DNA of 64,000 nt from Planctomycetota bacterium (GTDB taxonomy: Bacteria; Planctomycetota; JACOTG01). This document shows positions 27,866 to 37,911 of the stretch, in pieces (within the stretch, counting starts at the first letter, position 1; every line of letters begins with the position of its first letter). The notes beneath the pieces are model-generated. The model did not search any database. It saw only the letters and a list, made by a program, of their open reading frames with translations, and was not told the DNA's origin. The DNA lies in contig JACOTG010000253.1 of NCBI GenBank assembly GCA_016178505.1, forward strand, positions 2,243 to 66,242. Direction: 5' to 3'. The position numbers and the translations under genes were made by a program.

Positions 27866-30421
27866 TCAACGCGAGTGACGGTCGAGCCATTCTCTGAACG
27901 CCGGGCGTTCGCGAACGCTCGCGAACTTCGAATCGCGCAGAACTTCCTCGATCTTCGTCCCGCGCGCAACGGCTTCGTCGAGTTGCGCACACATTTGACG
28001 GTCGTCGCCAGCGGTTGCTGCCAGTAGGGCGAGATCGTAGTGGCAATCCCGCTCGATCGCCACGCGTTCGTCGTCTCCCACACCGTCGAGGCGAGCGAGT
28101 GCCGTGTCTCCAAGTCGTTCGAGGATCGCATCGCACGTGCTCCGGCACAGGTCCGAGAGGCCGAGCCGGAGCTGCCAATCGCGCGACGTGCACATCAAGC
28201 GCGTGCGCGTGGGTGCCGCGGCGAGCGTGGTCAGCGTCGTCAGCTCGCGGTGGCTCAGGGCGAGCGATGGGGGATCGGGTAACAGGTGAAACGCGGCCAG
28301 GTCGGCGGCTGCGGTATTCCATCGCGAGCCGATCTCGGTGATCGCGGCGCGCAGCAGCAGGCTCGCGGGCTCGTTCCATCGCGCGAGCCGATGATCGAGG
28401 CGCACGCGCCAATACTCGAGTGCTTCGAGGTCTGGGACGGCCATGCCTGCCTTGCCGAAGACTCCGACGACGCCGAGGTAGATCCGCCCGAGATCGGCGT
28501 CGACCGACGGGTCGAGCCGAGCAACCCGTTCGAAGTTCTCTTGCGCGACATCGTACTGGCCCTCGCGTTCTTGGAGGATCGTCCGCAGCAAGTAGGTCTC
28601 CGCCGACGTGGGAGCCTGAGACAGGAGAAGGTCGGCGTCCGCCCACGCTCCGGTCGCATCGCCGGCGACGTGACGCGCTAGTGCGCGCAGCCAGCGGACG
28701 GCTGCGCTGCGAGGTTGCGCTCGCAGCAGGGCATCCATGTCGCGCAGCAGGGCGCCGAGCAGCGTTTTCGATTCCTCGGATGTCGAGTCGCGAACCACTT
28801 GCATCAGCTCGAAGGTTCCTCGAACCAGAAGAACGTCGTCCGGCGCTCCGCCGCTGGCTCGCGCGGCTTTTAGGTTTTCGAGGGCCCGTGCCGGCTTGCC
28901 GTCGACGTAACGTGCGACTGCGGCGACGAGCGAGCTGTCGCCTTGCGTCGCTCCGGAGGCGATCATCGAGTCCTCGATTGCACGCACGGCGTCGCCGTCG
29001 ACGTGCGGAAAGATCCCGATTCCCAGGAAGGGCATTCGTGCAGGTGCGGCTGCAAGCCTGTCGAGGACGAGCCGGCACCTCGCCCCCATGTCGCTCGGAT
29101 CCTTTTCGACGACTCTCGACGTTTCGAGAGCCGCAAGCCCGTAGCAACCGAGTCGACGGTGAATGTCGGCCTCGAGCGAGGTCGACCACTCATCCGCCTT
29201 CTCCGGCGCAATCGAAGCCAGCTTCTCGTAGGCCCCTTCGAGCGATCGGCTCCGCGCGCCGAAATCCTCGAGACGGTCGGCCTGCTCGATCTCCGATTGA
29301 ATGAGCGCGAGCTGCGCGGCCATGGGAGCGTAGTCGTCGGCGTCGCCGGCATCGCCCGCATCCGACGGCCACACTTCCCACGCCGCGACGAGGGCGAGCA
29401 CGGCTCCGAGCGCGAGCGCGGCGATCCAACGAATTCGTGGCGAGCGGATCCACGGTCTCGGCGATGGGACGTCCCGCGGCGTCGCGGCGCGCCGTTCCGC
29501 GAGGCAATCGTCGATGGCTGCGAGCATCGCTTCCGCGCTCGCGAACCGGCGCGCCGGATCCTTCTCCATCGCGCGCAAGATCAGTGCGTCCACGCTCTCC
29601 GGAATCGTCGGGTCGATGCGCGACGGGGGCGCCGGCTCTTCTTCGTCGATCCGTCGCAAAACCGAAAGCAGCGTCGCACTCTCAAACGGCCTCCGTCCCG
29701 TCAGCATCTCGTACAGCACCGCGCCGAGCGAGTAGACGTCGGTGCGTCCATCGACTTCACCCGTGGCGGAGAATGCTTGCTCCGGCGACATGTAGTGAGG
29801 CGTTCCCATCACCGTGCCGGCGAGCGTTGCCTCCTCCTCGTCGAGTCCGCGTGCAAGTCCGAAATCGAGGATGCGCACACGCCCGTCGCCATCGATGACG
29901 ATGTTCGCCGGCTTGATGTCGCGGTGGATGACGCCGTGCTCGTGAGCAAACTGGAGCGCCTTCGCGACGGCGTGCGCAATGCGAAGCGCGTTGTCGATGC
30001 CGAGCCGTCGCGTCGAAAGGAGCTTCTCGAGAGTTCGACCCGCAATGTGTTCCATGACGATGTAATGGAGGCTGCCTTCGCTGCCCACGTCGTGGATCTG
30101 AACGATCCCGGGGTGATGGAGCTGCGCGGCTAGGCGCGCCTCACGCTGGAAGCGGCGAAGGGTTTCCTCGCTCGCGTGCTCGCCCGCGACCAGGATCTTG
30201 ATGGCAACGTCGCGTTGCAGGTCGGGTTGAAATGCGCGATAGACGCGACCCATGCTTCCGCGCCCGATCAGCTCGCGGATCTCGTACTTTCCGAGCGATC
30301 GTGGAGGGTTTGGCCCGAGGGATCGCGCTTTGGCCGCACACGCCGCACACAGGCCGCGTAAGGCGGCCTCGTCGTCGGGGACATCCATCGTCGCCTGACA
30401 TTGCTTGCAAACGATCTGCAT
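27866..30421 (-). CDS. Hanks-type Ser/Thr kinase with an N-terminal Zn-ribbon, TM helix and TPR-like C-terminus
   Basis: CKQC...CAAC; IGRGSMG, VAIK, HRDIKPAN, DFG and GTPHYMSPEQ motifs; TM WIAALALGAVLALVAAW. Confidence 0.95.
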   Translation of the reverse strand: MQIVCKQCQATMDVPDDEAALRGLCAACAAKARSLGPNPPRSLGKYEIRELIGRGSMGRVYRAFQPDLQRDVAIKILVAGEHASEETLRRFQREARLAAQLHHPGIVQIHDVGSEGSLHYIVMEHIAGRTLEKLLSTRRLGIDNALRIAHAVAKALQFAHEHGVIHRDIKPANIVIDGDGRVRILDFGLARGLDEEEATLAGTVMGTPHYMSPEQAFSATGEVDGRTDVYSLGAVLYEMLTGRRPFESATLLSVLRRIDEEEPAPPSRIDPTIPESVDALILRAMEKDPARRFASAEAMLAAIDDCLAERRAATPRDVPSPRPWIRSPRIRWIAALALGAVLALVAAWEVWPSDAGDAGDADDYAPMAAQLALIQSEIEQADRLEDFGARSRSLEGAYEKLASIAPEKADEWSTSLEADIHRRLGCYGLAALETSRVVEKDPSDMGARCRLVLDRLAAAPARMPFLGIGIFPHVDGDAVRAIEDSMIASGATQGDSSLVAAVARYVDGKPARALENLKAARASGGAPDDVLLVRGTFELMQVVRDSTSEESKTLLGALLRDMDALLRAQPRSAAVRWLRALARHVAGDATGAWADADLLLSQAPTSAETYLLRTILQEREGQYDVAQENFERVARLDPSVDADLGRIYLGVVGVFGKAGMAVPDLEALEYWRVRLDHRLARWNEPASLLLRAAITEIGSRWNTAAADLAAFHLLPDPPSLALSHRELTTLTTLAAAPTRTRLMCTSRDWQLRLGLSDLCRSTCDAILERLGDTALARLDGVGDDERVAIERDCHYDLALLAATAGDDRQMCAQLDEAVARGTKIEEVLRDSKFASVRERPAFREWLDRHSR

Positions 30422-30506
30422 TCACGCCTCGCCCGCAGCGGGTTCGAAGGTCGCGCCGCTCGGCGACGTGGGCGTTCCCGCGAGAGGTCTCGTCTGCACG
30501 GACTCG

Positions 30507-30968
30507 CTACTCGCCGATGTCCTCGGCCCAGAGATCCGGTTTTTCCCGCTGCAATCGCTGCATGAGCGCCACGCACCGGGGATCGTCGCGAAGAACGACG
30601 TCGATGCCGTTCCGGCGCATCCACTCTTCGGCGCCCGCGAACGTGCGATTCTCCCCGACGATCACGCGCGGAATCTTGAAGAGGATCGCCGTGCCGGAAC
30701 ACATCGGACAGGGACTGAGCGTCGAGACGAGGGTGAGCGATCGCCAATCGCGTCGGCGACCGGCGTGGCGAATGCACGTGACCTCGGCATGTGCCGTAGG
30801 GTCGCCACTCTGCACCCGTTCGTTGTGTCCGCGAGCCACCACGCGCCCGCTCGAATCGACCAGCACCGAGCCGATGGGGATGCCGCCCTCCGCCCACGAT
30901 TTCTCGGCTTGCTCGATGGCCGCGTCGAGCCAACGCGACGCGTCGTCGTTCGTCCGTGGGTTCGGCAT
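30507..30968 (-). CDS. Nucleoside/cytosine deaminase (Zn-dependent CDA fold, fungal FCY1-like)
   Basis: EGGIPIGSVLV, HAE and SPCPMC motifs; C-terminal LWAEDIGE. Confidence 0.9.
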   Translation of the reverse strand: MPNPRTNDDASRWLDAAIEQAEKSWAEGGIPIGSVLVDSSGRVVARGHNERVQSGDPTAHAEVTCIRHAGRRRDWRSLTLVSTLSPCPMCSGTAILFKIPRVIVGENRTFAGAEEWMRRNGIDVVLRDDPRCVALMQRLQREKPDLWAEDIGE

Positions 30969-31102
30969 GGCGCCCATGATCCGCGCTCGCGGCCGGCTTG
31001 CCAAGGTGTGACGCTGCTGCCGTTTCGTCGAGTGGCCGTCGCCATCTCGAACGTCTGGTGCCTCTCTTGACGGCCGCGGACGGTCGAGTACGCTCCGCCG
31101 CG

Positions 31103-31843
31103 ATGGCGACCACCGCTCCGGTCTTCCTCGTTGCGTGGCCCGATTTCCGGCGCCGTGACGTGAACGCTTGGCACTCTCGTGCGCTCGGCGCGACGGGCGC
31201 TCGGAAACCTCGAGTCGCCTTCGTGGGCGCAGCGAGCGGCGACGATCGGTTCGAGGAGCGATGGATCGCCGGCTATTTTCGACGGCGATTCGGGATCGTG
31301 TGCCGCCCGGTCGCGATCGAGAGCGGACGAACGTCGCGCGACGAGGCGCGACGCCTCTTGTCGCGTGCGAACCTCGTCTATCTCGGCGGCGGCGATCCAC
31401 TCTTGTGCGTTCGCGCCGTGGAGCGTGCGGGAGTGGCGGATCTCTTGCGGCGCCGCCGGCGCGCCGGCACCGTCTTCTTCGGCATCTCGGCCGGCGCGAT
31501 CGCTCTCGGGCCTTGCTGGCCGAAGTGGCCCGACCCGCCGAATTCGAAGCTGCCCGAGGACGGCGCGCGTCTCGTGCCGTGTCTCGGGATCCATCGAGCG
31601 GGGGTCTTCGACATGCACTCCGAGGATGACGGCTGGCCGGAATTGCACGCGTGCCGCCGGCTGACCTCGCGATCGGCCCGCTGGCGCCGGCTCGTGGCGT
31701 GCGGCGTGCCGAAGCGCGGCGCGGCGTTGGTGGAAGCGGCCGCGCGCGACGGTGATCACATCGAGATCCTGGGCGAACGGGGACCCGTGCTCGGGCCCGC
31801 CTCGTCGATCACCCGCCCGAAGTCTTCGTCGAATCGGGCGTGA
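31103..31843 (+). CDS. Peptidase S51 (dipeptidase E/cyanophycinase-like) protein
   Basis: FVGAASGD, YLGGGD, nucleophile elbow GISAGA and DMH motifs. Confidence 0.78.
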   Translation: MATTAPVFLVAWPDFRRRDVNAWHSRALGATGARKPRVAFVGAASGDDRFEERWIAGYFRRRFGIVCRPVAIESGRTSRDEARRLLSRANLVYLGGGDPLLCVRAVERAGVADLLRRRRRAGTVFFGISAGAIALGPCWPKWPDPPNSKLPEDGARLVPCLGIHRAGVFDMHSEDDGWPELHACRRLTSRSARWRRLVACGVPKRGAALVEAAARDGDHIEILGERGPVLGPASSITRPKSSSNRA

Positions 31844-34800
31844 CGCGCAGTCCGGGGACGCACTCCTTGCCGTCGGCGTCGAGCACTTCGAAGAAGAATC
31901 CCCACTCGCCGAAGACGTTGTCGATTTTCACGAGGATCGAGTTCCGGCCTTTCTCGAGATGGACCTTCACGACGTCCTGCCGAGCCGCTGCCGCTCGCAT
32001 CGCCCTGTTCTCGTGGATGCGCTTTCCGTTCCAGAAGACGACGATGCCGTCGTCGCTGCCGAGTGCGAGCGTGACGTCGCGCGCCTCCGGTGACGTGATC
32101 GTGGTGAACGCATACCCGACCTTGCGCTCCCGCACGCCGAGCGCGCGAACGAAGTCCAGCTCGCCGTCGGGTGTCGACGTGATGATGCGCCACTTCATCG
32201 GGCCGCCCGCACCAACCCACTCCTTGCCGAGGTCGAAGGCGGCGTCGGTTTCGGGGATGAATGGCTGATCGAGGCCGCTCCTCGCTTCGTCGCTGGGAAA
32301 GGGCGCGAGGAACGCCCAGCGTTGGAGCTTTTCTTTCGCTTTTCGGTATCGGGCGAGCGTTTCGTCGCCGTCGAAGCGCTCGGCGTTCGAGGTCGCGGGA
32401 TTCGGCGTACTCGCCCACCGCACGAGGTTCACGAGAAGGCGCGCGGCGAGGGGGTCGCGGTCGAGTGCCCGTCGAAGGCGCAGCTGCGACAGGACGATTC
32501 GTCCCGCACCGCAGGGGAGCACGATGACGTCGGAACCCAGGAACTCGCTGTGTCCCCCGATCGTGCCGGCGAGCGTTTCGCCGTCGAGTCCCTCGAACGT
32601 CTCGTCGGGGATCACGTTTCGATAGGCTCGGCCCATGAAGCACGACTTCGCTAGACCGTCGAAGAGCGGATGATCGGCGGCGAAGTGAAAGAACCCGATG
32701 AAGTCGCCGACCGCGCGGGTGCGTTTGAACGGAGGGAGAAGTCCGGATGCGACGAGTGGACCGTCGGCGTCGGGAGCATCGAGGATGGCCAGTGTTGCGC
32801 CTCGGCGCGCTCGCTGGAACGCGGAGAGCATCGCGAGGAACGCCGGCTCGTCGTCCCAAAGATCGGGGCCGGAGAATGCGAGGATCACGGCTGCTTCGGG
32901 CGCGATCTTGAAACCGAGCGATTCGAGGCGAGATCGGAGGCGATCGTCCGCGCCGAGGAGCTGGACGGGAGTCGCCGGAGGTCGGCCGGGCGCGATCGCG
33001 GGAGTGGGCGCCGCCGGCAATGGGGTCCCGGAGTGAAGGTCGCGAAACGCTTCCAGCGCTGCCTTTGGCGCGCCGAAAACGTCGACGAGCCCCGCCGAGC
33101 ACTCGGAGTACGCGTCCTGCCACTGCGTGAAGACGTAACCGTCGAGCTTCGGGTTCGCGAGCATCGCCGCCGCCATGTCGTGCGCGCCCTCGGCCTGGAT
33201 GCGTTGGCCGTCCGCCCACATTCTCTCCATCGAAAGGAAAACTCGATCGAGGTGGTGCGCGTCGAAGTCCTTGCGCGCGCGTTCGAGGTAGTTTGCGTAC
33301 AGTTGCGCGTCGTCGAGAAACGTTCGATCACCGAAGCCGCCGACCGCAAGTCTCAGATCGGTCAGGCCGCCGAATCCGAACTCGGAGACGAACCCGAGCT
33401 TCCCCGATTCGCCGATCGTTCGAAAAAACGTCTCGTCCTCACCGGACAGCGGCGAACGGCGGTACGGATGATCGTCGAAGTATGAAACCGGTTGATCGCT
33501 GTCCGGCGCATAGTAGTGGGCACCGCTCCAGCCGCCTGAATCGTCGAAGACCAGCCGCGTTGGGTCGAGCGATCGTGCGTAGCGGCACAGGCTCTCTTTC
33601 ACTCGCCAAACTTGGTCGCTCATCTCGTTCAGGATTCCCCAGATCACGACGCACGGATCGTTGCGATCGCGCCGGATCATGCCCTCGATCTCGCGCTTCA
33701 CCCGCGTTTCGATTGCGGCGATGTCCGGCCCGTGCAGCCAACCGCACGTGGGTTCCTCCATGACGAGAAGTCCTTGGCGATTGCATTCGTCGATCAGCTC
33801 GCGCGGCGCCAGTCGGACGTGCGCACGCACGAGGTTGAAGCCGGCATCCTTCATGCGCGTGACCTCGCGCTGCACCCAACCCGAGTTCGGCGGCTGCGCG
33901 AGCGTTTCCGGGTAGTACGGCTGATACAGCACTCCGCGCAGGAACACCTTCTTGCCATTCAACTGGAAGTCGCCGTCCTTCACGACGAACTCGCGGAACC
34001 CGACGTCCGTTTCGCGCGCGTCCAGCGTTCGTTGGCCATCGGCGACTTCGACGCGCACTCGAAAGAGATTCGGAGTTTCCGGTGTCCACGGCTTGGCCTC
34101 CGCGACCGTGAGGCGAAACGTGCGCTCGAAGGGTCCGGGCGAGGTCGCGAGGTCGATTGTCCGCGGCGATTGATCGGTGATCGACGCGCGAAGATCGAGG
34201 CGCTGCTCGGTCGCGAGATGAGACGTTCCGCGGACAGTGACGTCGGCCGAGCGCCCGGCGCGATCCGTCACCACGACGAGATCGGTGATCTCGACGGCGG
34301 GAATCGGTCGCAGCTCGACGGCGCCCGCGAGCCCACCCCAGTTCACGTACCACGTTTCCTTCGCGTTCGGAGTCGCGAAGACGTCGAGCCCGTCGATCGG
34401 CGTCTTCCCGGGATCGAGTACGCGCACGACGAGCGTGTTCGGAGAGCCGATCTTGAGCGCGGAGCCACACTCGACGTCGAACGGGAGATAGCCTCCCTCG
34501 TGCTCTCCGAGGAGCTGGCCATTGAGCCACACCGTTGCGAGGTAATTCACTTGGCCGAAGTGCAATCGCGCCGCCACGGCGTTCCAGTTGGCCGGTATGC
34601 GAAATCGAACCGAGTACCACGCGACGCCGTCGTAGCCCACTCCTTCTGGCATCGCTTCCCAAATTCCTGGGACGCGAATCGGCTTACTGGCTGGCAGCTT
34701 CCCGGGAATGTGCCATTCGAGCTCTCGACCGCGATTCTCCTTGTCGAACACGATCGTCCAGCCCGTGTCCAACGGGATCGATTTCGTGGCGGCGAACGCC

Positions 34801-34859
34801 ACCGCCGGGCGGGGCACGACGATGGCGGCGCAGCAAAGGACGGCTTCGAGGACGGCCAT
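31809..34859 (-). CDS. Glycoside hydrolase family 2 with a C-terminal PA14-like beta domain
   Basis: HEGGYLPF, WTPETPNL, GFNLVRAH, acid/base GILNE and nucleophile VSEFG; tail GSDDGIVVFWNG. Confidence 0.9.
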   Translation of the reverse strand: MAVLEAVLCCAAIVVPRPAVAFAATKSIPLDTGWTIVFDKENRGRELEWHIPGKLPASKPIRVPGIWEAMPEGVGYDGVAWYSVRFRIPANWNAVAARLHFGQVNYLATVWLNGQLLGEHEGGYLPFDVECGSALKIGSPNTLVVRVLDPGKTPIDGLDVFATPNAKETWYVNWGGLAGAVELRPIPAVEITDLVVVTDRAGRSADVTVRGTSHLATEQRLDLRASITDQSPRTIDLATSPGPFERTFRLTVAEAKPWTPETPNLFRVRVEVADGQRTLDARETDVGFREFVVKDGDFQLNGKKVFLRGVLYQPYYPETLAQPPNSGWVQREVTRMKDAGFNLVRAHVRLAPRELIDECNRQGLLVMEEPTCGWLHGPDIAAIETRVKREIEGMIRRDRNDPCVVIWGILNEMSDQVWRVKESLCRYARSLDPTRLVFDDSGGWSGAHYYAPDSDQPVSYFDDHPYRRSPLSGEDETFFRTIGESGKLGFVSEFGFGGLTDLRLAVGGFGDRTFLDDAQLYANYLERARKDFDAHHLDRVFLSMERMWADGQRIQAEGAHDMAAAMLANPKLDGYVFTQWQDAYSECSAGLVDVFGAPKAALEAFRDLHSGTPLPAAPTPAIAPGRPPATPVQLLGADDRLRSRLESLGFKIAPEAAVILAFSGPDLWDDEPAFLAMLSAFQRARRGATLAILDAPDADGPLVASGLLPPFKRTRAVGDFIGFFHFAADHPLFDGLAKSCFMGRAYRNVIPDETFEGLDGETLAGTIGGHSEFLGSDVIVLPCGAGRIVLSQLRLRRALDRDPLAARLLVNLVRWASTPNPATSNAERFDGDETLARYRKAKEKLQRWAFLAPFPSDEARSGLDQPFIPETDAAFDLGKEWVGAGGPMKWRIITSTPDGELDFVRALGVRERKVGYAFTTITSPEARDVTLALGSDDGIVVFWNGKRIHENRAMRAAAARQDVVKVHLEKGRNSILVKIDNVFGEWGFFFEVLDADGKECVPGLRVTPDSTKTSGG

Positions 34860-34970
34860 GGCGAAAAGCCTATCCGTGAGTCGCCGGGAACGCCACGGCG
34901 GATCGTCGCGACGATTGCCGGCGATCGTCCGGCGATGGAGGAGGGGCTTTCGTCTTCGCGAGCAAGACCG

Positions 34971-36611
34971 CTACGGCGTGTCGGGAGTCTGGTCGAACCA
35001 CACGTCCTCGAACGGCAGGTCCGCGATGCCGAAGGGCCCCATCACGAACCCGCGAACGCGAGGCTGCAACACGTAGACCTCGCCGTAGTGGTAGAGCGGG
35101 ATCACCGGAGCGTCTTCGAGGACGAGCTGCTCGATGCGGCGACAATTGTTGTAGCGGATCCGAGAGTCTTGCATGCGCAGCGATTGCTCGCCGAGCGTCT
35201 CGACTTCTCGGTTCGCATAGCCGAAGTAGTTCTTCGAGCCGGTCGAGTGAAAGAGCGTGAAAAGGAAATCGTCGCCGTCAGTCGCCTCGCCGGCATATCC
35301 CATTTCGAAGATCGGCGCAAACTTCTCCACGAGCGCACGCTCGAGCAGGAACCGGTGCACCGGGCGGATGCGGAGCGTGATCCCGATTTCTTTCAGCTGC
35401 CGAACGACCTCTTGTTCTGCTTCGCCGCTCCAGGCCAAGTAGAACGTGAGCGGTGGGATCCCGGCACCATCGGGATGTCCGGCCTCCGCAAGCAATCGCC
35501 GCGCCTCGGCCGGGTCGTACTTGATCGCGCTTTCGTCGACGGAATAGCCGAAGTATCCCGGTGGGACGAGACCCGTGGCCTTCGTGAGTGCCTCGCGAGA
35601 GACCTTGACGACCGCTTCGCGATCGATCGCGTGCGCGATTGCCTTTCGAACGCGGGGGTCGTCGAACGGCGGAGTCTCGGTGTTCATTCCGAGGAAGTAG
35701 AGGCTCGGATCGCGGTGTTGGAGCAGCGGGAATCGATTCTCGGCTTTTAGGTCGGCGAGTTGAATCTGGAACACCGGGACGATGTCGAACTGGCCGCTTC
35801 GGAAGCGATCGAGTGCGACCATCGGGTCGGCGATCGAGTCCCACGAAACGAAATGAACCTCGTCGAGGTATGCCGCGCGCCCGTAGTAGCCGTCGAATCT
35901 CGCGAGGACGAGCTCTTTGTCCGTCCACGACTGCAAGCGGAACGGTCCGGCGCCGACGGGATGCTTGCTGAACTCCTCTTCGCTCGACCGTTCGATTTCC
36001 TCGCGCGGCACGACCTTGGTGCTCGCCGACGCGAGGGCGCTGAGAAAACCATGATGAGGCTCCTCGAGGTCGATCTCGAGCGTGTACGGATCGGGTGCTC
36101 GCATGCCTCGGAGTTCTTCCGCTTTCCCGGCAATGAAGTCGCGCGCACCCTCGATGACCCGAAGCGCGTCGCGGCCCGGCGACGGCGTGTCTTCCGGCGC
36201 TTGAAGGATCCGGCGAAACGAGTAGATGAAGTCATCGGACATTACCGTGCGTCCGTTCTGGAATCGGACGCCGCGCCGGAGGAAGAACCGATAATGGAGC
36301 CGGTCCGGTGAGATTTCCCAGTACTCGGCGATCGCCGGTCCCGGCAGCAGATTCTTGTCGAGCGTGACCAACCCGTCGAAGATCTGATTGATGACCATCG
36401 TCTCGGAGTCGTCGTCGGAGTAGGGAGGATCGAGCCGCCGCGGCAATCCCGTCAGCGTCGTGAACGTGCCGCCGGGGGTTGCCGTGACCTGGGGTACGGA
36501 TTCGGCCCGCGTGCTCGGCTTCTCGCAACCGGCGAGCGTCGTGACGAAGATGGACGCGCACGCGACGACGACTCGCACGTCCAGCCGCAGGCTGGGGCCG
36601 CGGCGCGTCAT
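34971..36611 (-). CDS. Oligopeptide/dipeptide ABC substrate-binding lipoprotein (family 5)
   Basis: Lipobox LAGC; IFDGLV, PVGAGPF, PFDDPRVRKAIAHAIDR and EDAPVIPLY motifs. Start is approximate. Confidence 0.92.
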   Translation of the reverse strand: MTRRGPSLRLDVRVVVACASIFVTTLAGCEKPSTRAESVPQVTATPGGTFTTLTGLPRRLDPPYSDDDSETMVINQIFDGLVTLDKNLLPGPAIAEYWEISPDRLHYRFFLRRGVRFQNGRTVMSDDFIYSFRRILQAPEDTPSPGRDALRVIEGARDFIAGKAEELRGMRAPDPYTLEIDLEEPHHGFLSALASASTKVVPREEIERSSEEEFSKHPVGAGPFRLQSWTDKELVLARFDGYYGRAAYLDEVHFVSWDSIADPMVALDRFRSGQFDIVPVFQIQLADLKAENRFPLLQHRDPSLYFLGMNTETPPFDDPRVRKAIAHAIDREAVVKVSREALTKATGLVPPGYFGYSVDESAIKYDPAEARRLLAEAGHPDGAGIPPLTFYLAWSGEAEQEVVRQLKEIGITLRIRPVHRFLLERALVEKFAPIFEMGYAGEATDGDDFLFTLFHSTGSKNYFGYANREVETLGEQSLRMQDSRIRYNNCRRIEQLVLEDAPVIPLYHYGEVYVLQPRVRGFVMGPFGIADLPFEDVWFDQTPDTP

Positions 36612-36746
36612 GTTCGTGTTCGTGGCGAGAAGCATCAAATGGCGATCCGTGTTCTGATGAACTCGAGGCGGTCGCGGACTATGGTCCGTGAGTCGCGAAT
36701 GCCAGTGATATCGACCGGAACGCGGGTTTTCCTTGATCTCATCGGG

Positions 36747-37877
36747 GTGCCACGCGGCTCGGATCGGCACATTCGTCGTTCTCGTCGGTTCGTGGCGACG
36801 GTCGCGTTGGTCTTTGGCTTCGCGGCGTGTCGATCCGTCGACGACCTTCGGGCGCCGCGGTTTGACGCGACGCCGTGGCCTGCCGCCGATCGCCTCTTCC
36901 ATCAGGATCCGCGTTGGCTCGGCGCCGACAGCGCGTACTCGGTTGCTCTCGGCAGCCGCCGCACGCTGTGGCTTTTCGGCGACACCTTCGTCGCAACGGC
37001 ACCCGGAGGCGCACGGTCGGGGTCACGGATGATTCGAAACTCCATCGGGGTTCAGATCGGCGACGACCCGTCGAAATCGGCGATGACGTTCTACTGGCGC
37101 GGTGAAGGCGGCGAGCCTCGGTCGTTCTTCGAGGCCGGCGCGAGCGACGAGTGGTTGTGGCCGGGCCACGGCGTCGAAATGGGTGGCGCGCTCGTCCTCT
37201 TCTTTTTGCGCATGCGCCCGAGCGGTCGAGAGGGGATGTGGAACTTCGAATCGGTCGGCAACACGGCATTCCTCGTCGAGAACCCCCACGAGCAACCGCC
37301 GGCGTGGCGCGTTCGGCGGCTCGCCATTCCGGACAACGCGTTCGGGGTGAGCCTCTCCGGCGGCGCTCTCGTCGACGGTCCGTACCTCCATGTCTACGGC
37401 GTGAGCGAGCCCGACCACCGCGTGTGCGTCGCGCGCTGGCCGCTCGTCGACGCCGAGCGAGGCGACCTCTCGGGTGCCGCATGGTGGTGCGGGTCGAGTC
37501 GCGGCTGGGTCTCGCAGCGCTCGATCGACGGCGCTCCGGAGCCGATCCTGCGCGGCTCGCAAACCGAGTTCACCGTGCATCGAGACCGCGAGCGCGGGTT
37601 GTTCGTCATGACGCACACGGAGGGTTTCGGCGCGGCCGTCATCGAGCAGTGCTTCGCGAACCGTCCCGAGGGTCCGTGGTCGGAGTCCGTCGTCGTCTAT
37701 CGACCCGAGGAGACGGCGGTGAAGGACGTGATGATCTATGCCGCCAAGGCGCATCCGCAACTCCGCGGCGCCGACCTCGTGCTTACGTATGCGACGAACA
37801 GCTTCGACTTCGGGGCGATGGTGTCGAGCCCGACGCTCTACTACCCGCGCTTCGTGCGGCTCATGCGCGAACCGTGA
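36747..37877 (+). CDS. DUF4185/DUF5005-like propeller lipoprotein
   Basis: Lipobox FAAC; WLGADSAYS, LWLFGDTF, PEGPWS, YAAKAHP and YYPRF motifs. Start is uncertain. Confidence 0.75.
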   Translation: MPRGSDRHIRRSRRFVATVALVFGFAACRSVDDLRAPRFDATPWPAADRLFHQDPRWLGADSAYSVALGSRRTLWLFGDTFVATAPGGARSGSRMIRNSIGVQIGDDPSKSAMTFYWRGEGGEPRSFFEAGASDEWLWPGHGVEMGGALVLFFLRMRPSGREGMWNFESVGNTAFLVENPHEQPPAWRVRRLAIPDNAFGVSLSGGALVDGPYLHVYGVSEPDHRVCVARWPLVDAERGDLSGAAWWCGSSRGWVSQRSIDGAPEPILRGSQTEFTVHRDRERGLFVMTHTEGFGAAVIEQCFANRPEGPWSESVVVYRPEETAVKDVMIYAAKAHPQLRGADLVLTYATNSFDFGAMVSSPTLYYPRFVRLMREP

Positions 37878-37911
37878 AACGAGCCGGGATGCGCGCGCTT
37901 CGCACTCGGCG

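Noticed and set aside
27216-29189. 657-aa ORF as an N-terminally extended sigma factor
   Set aside because: The upstream part is an alternate frame of the kinase gene; the real start is 27818.
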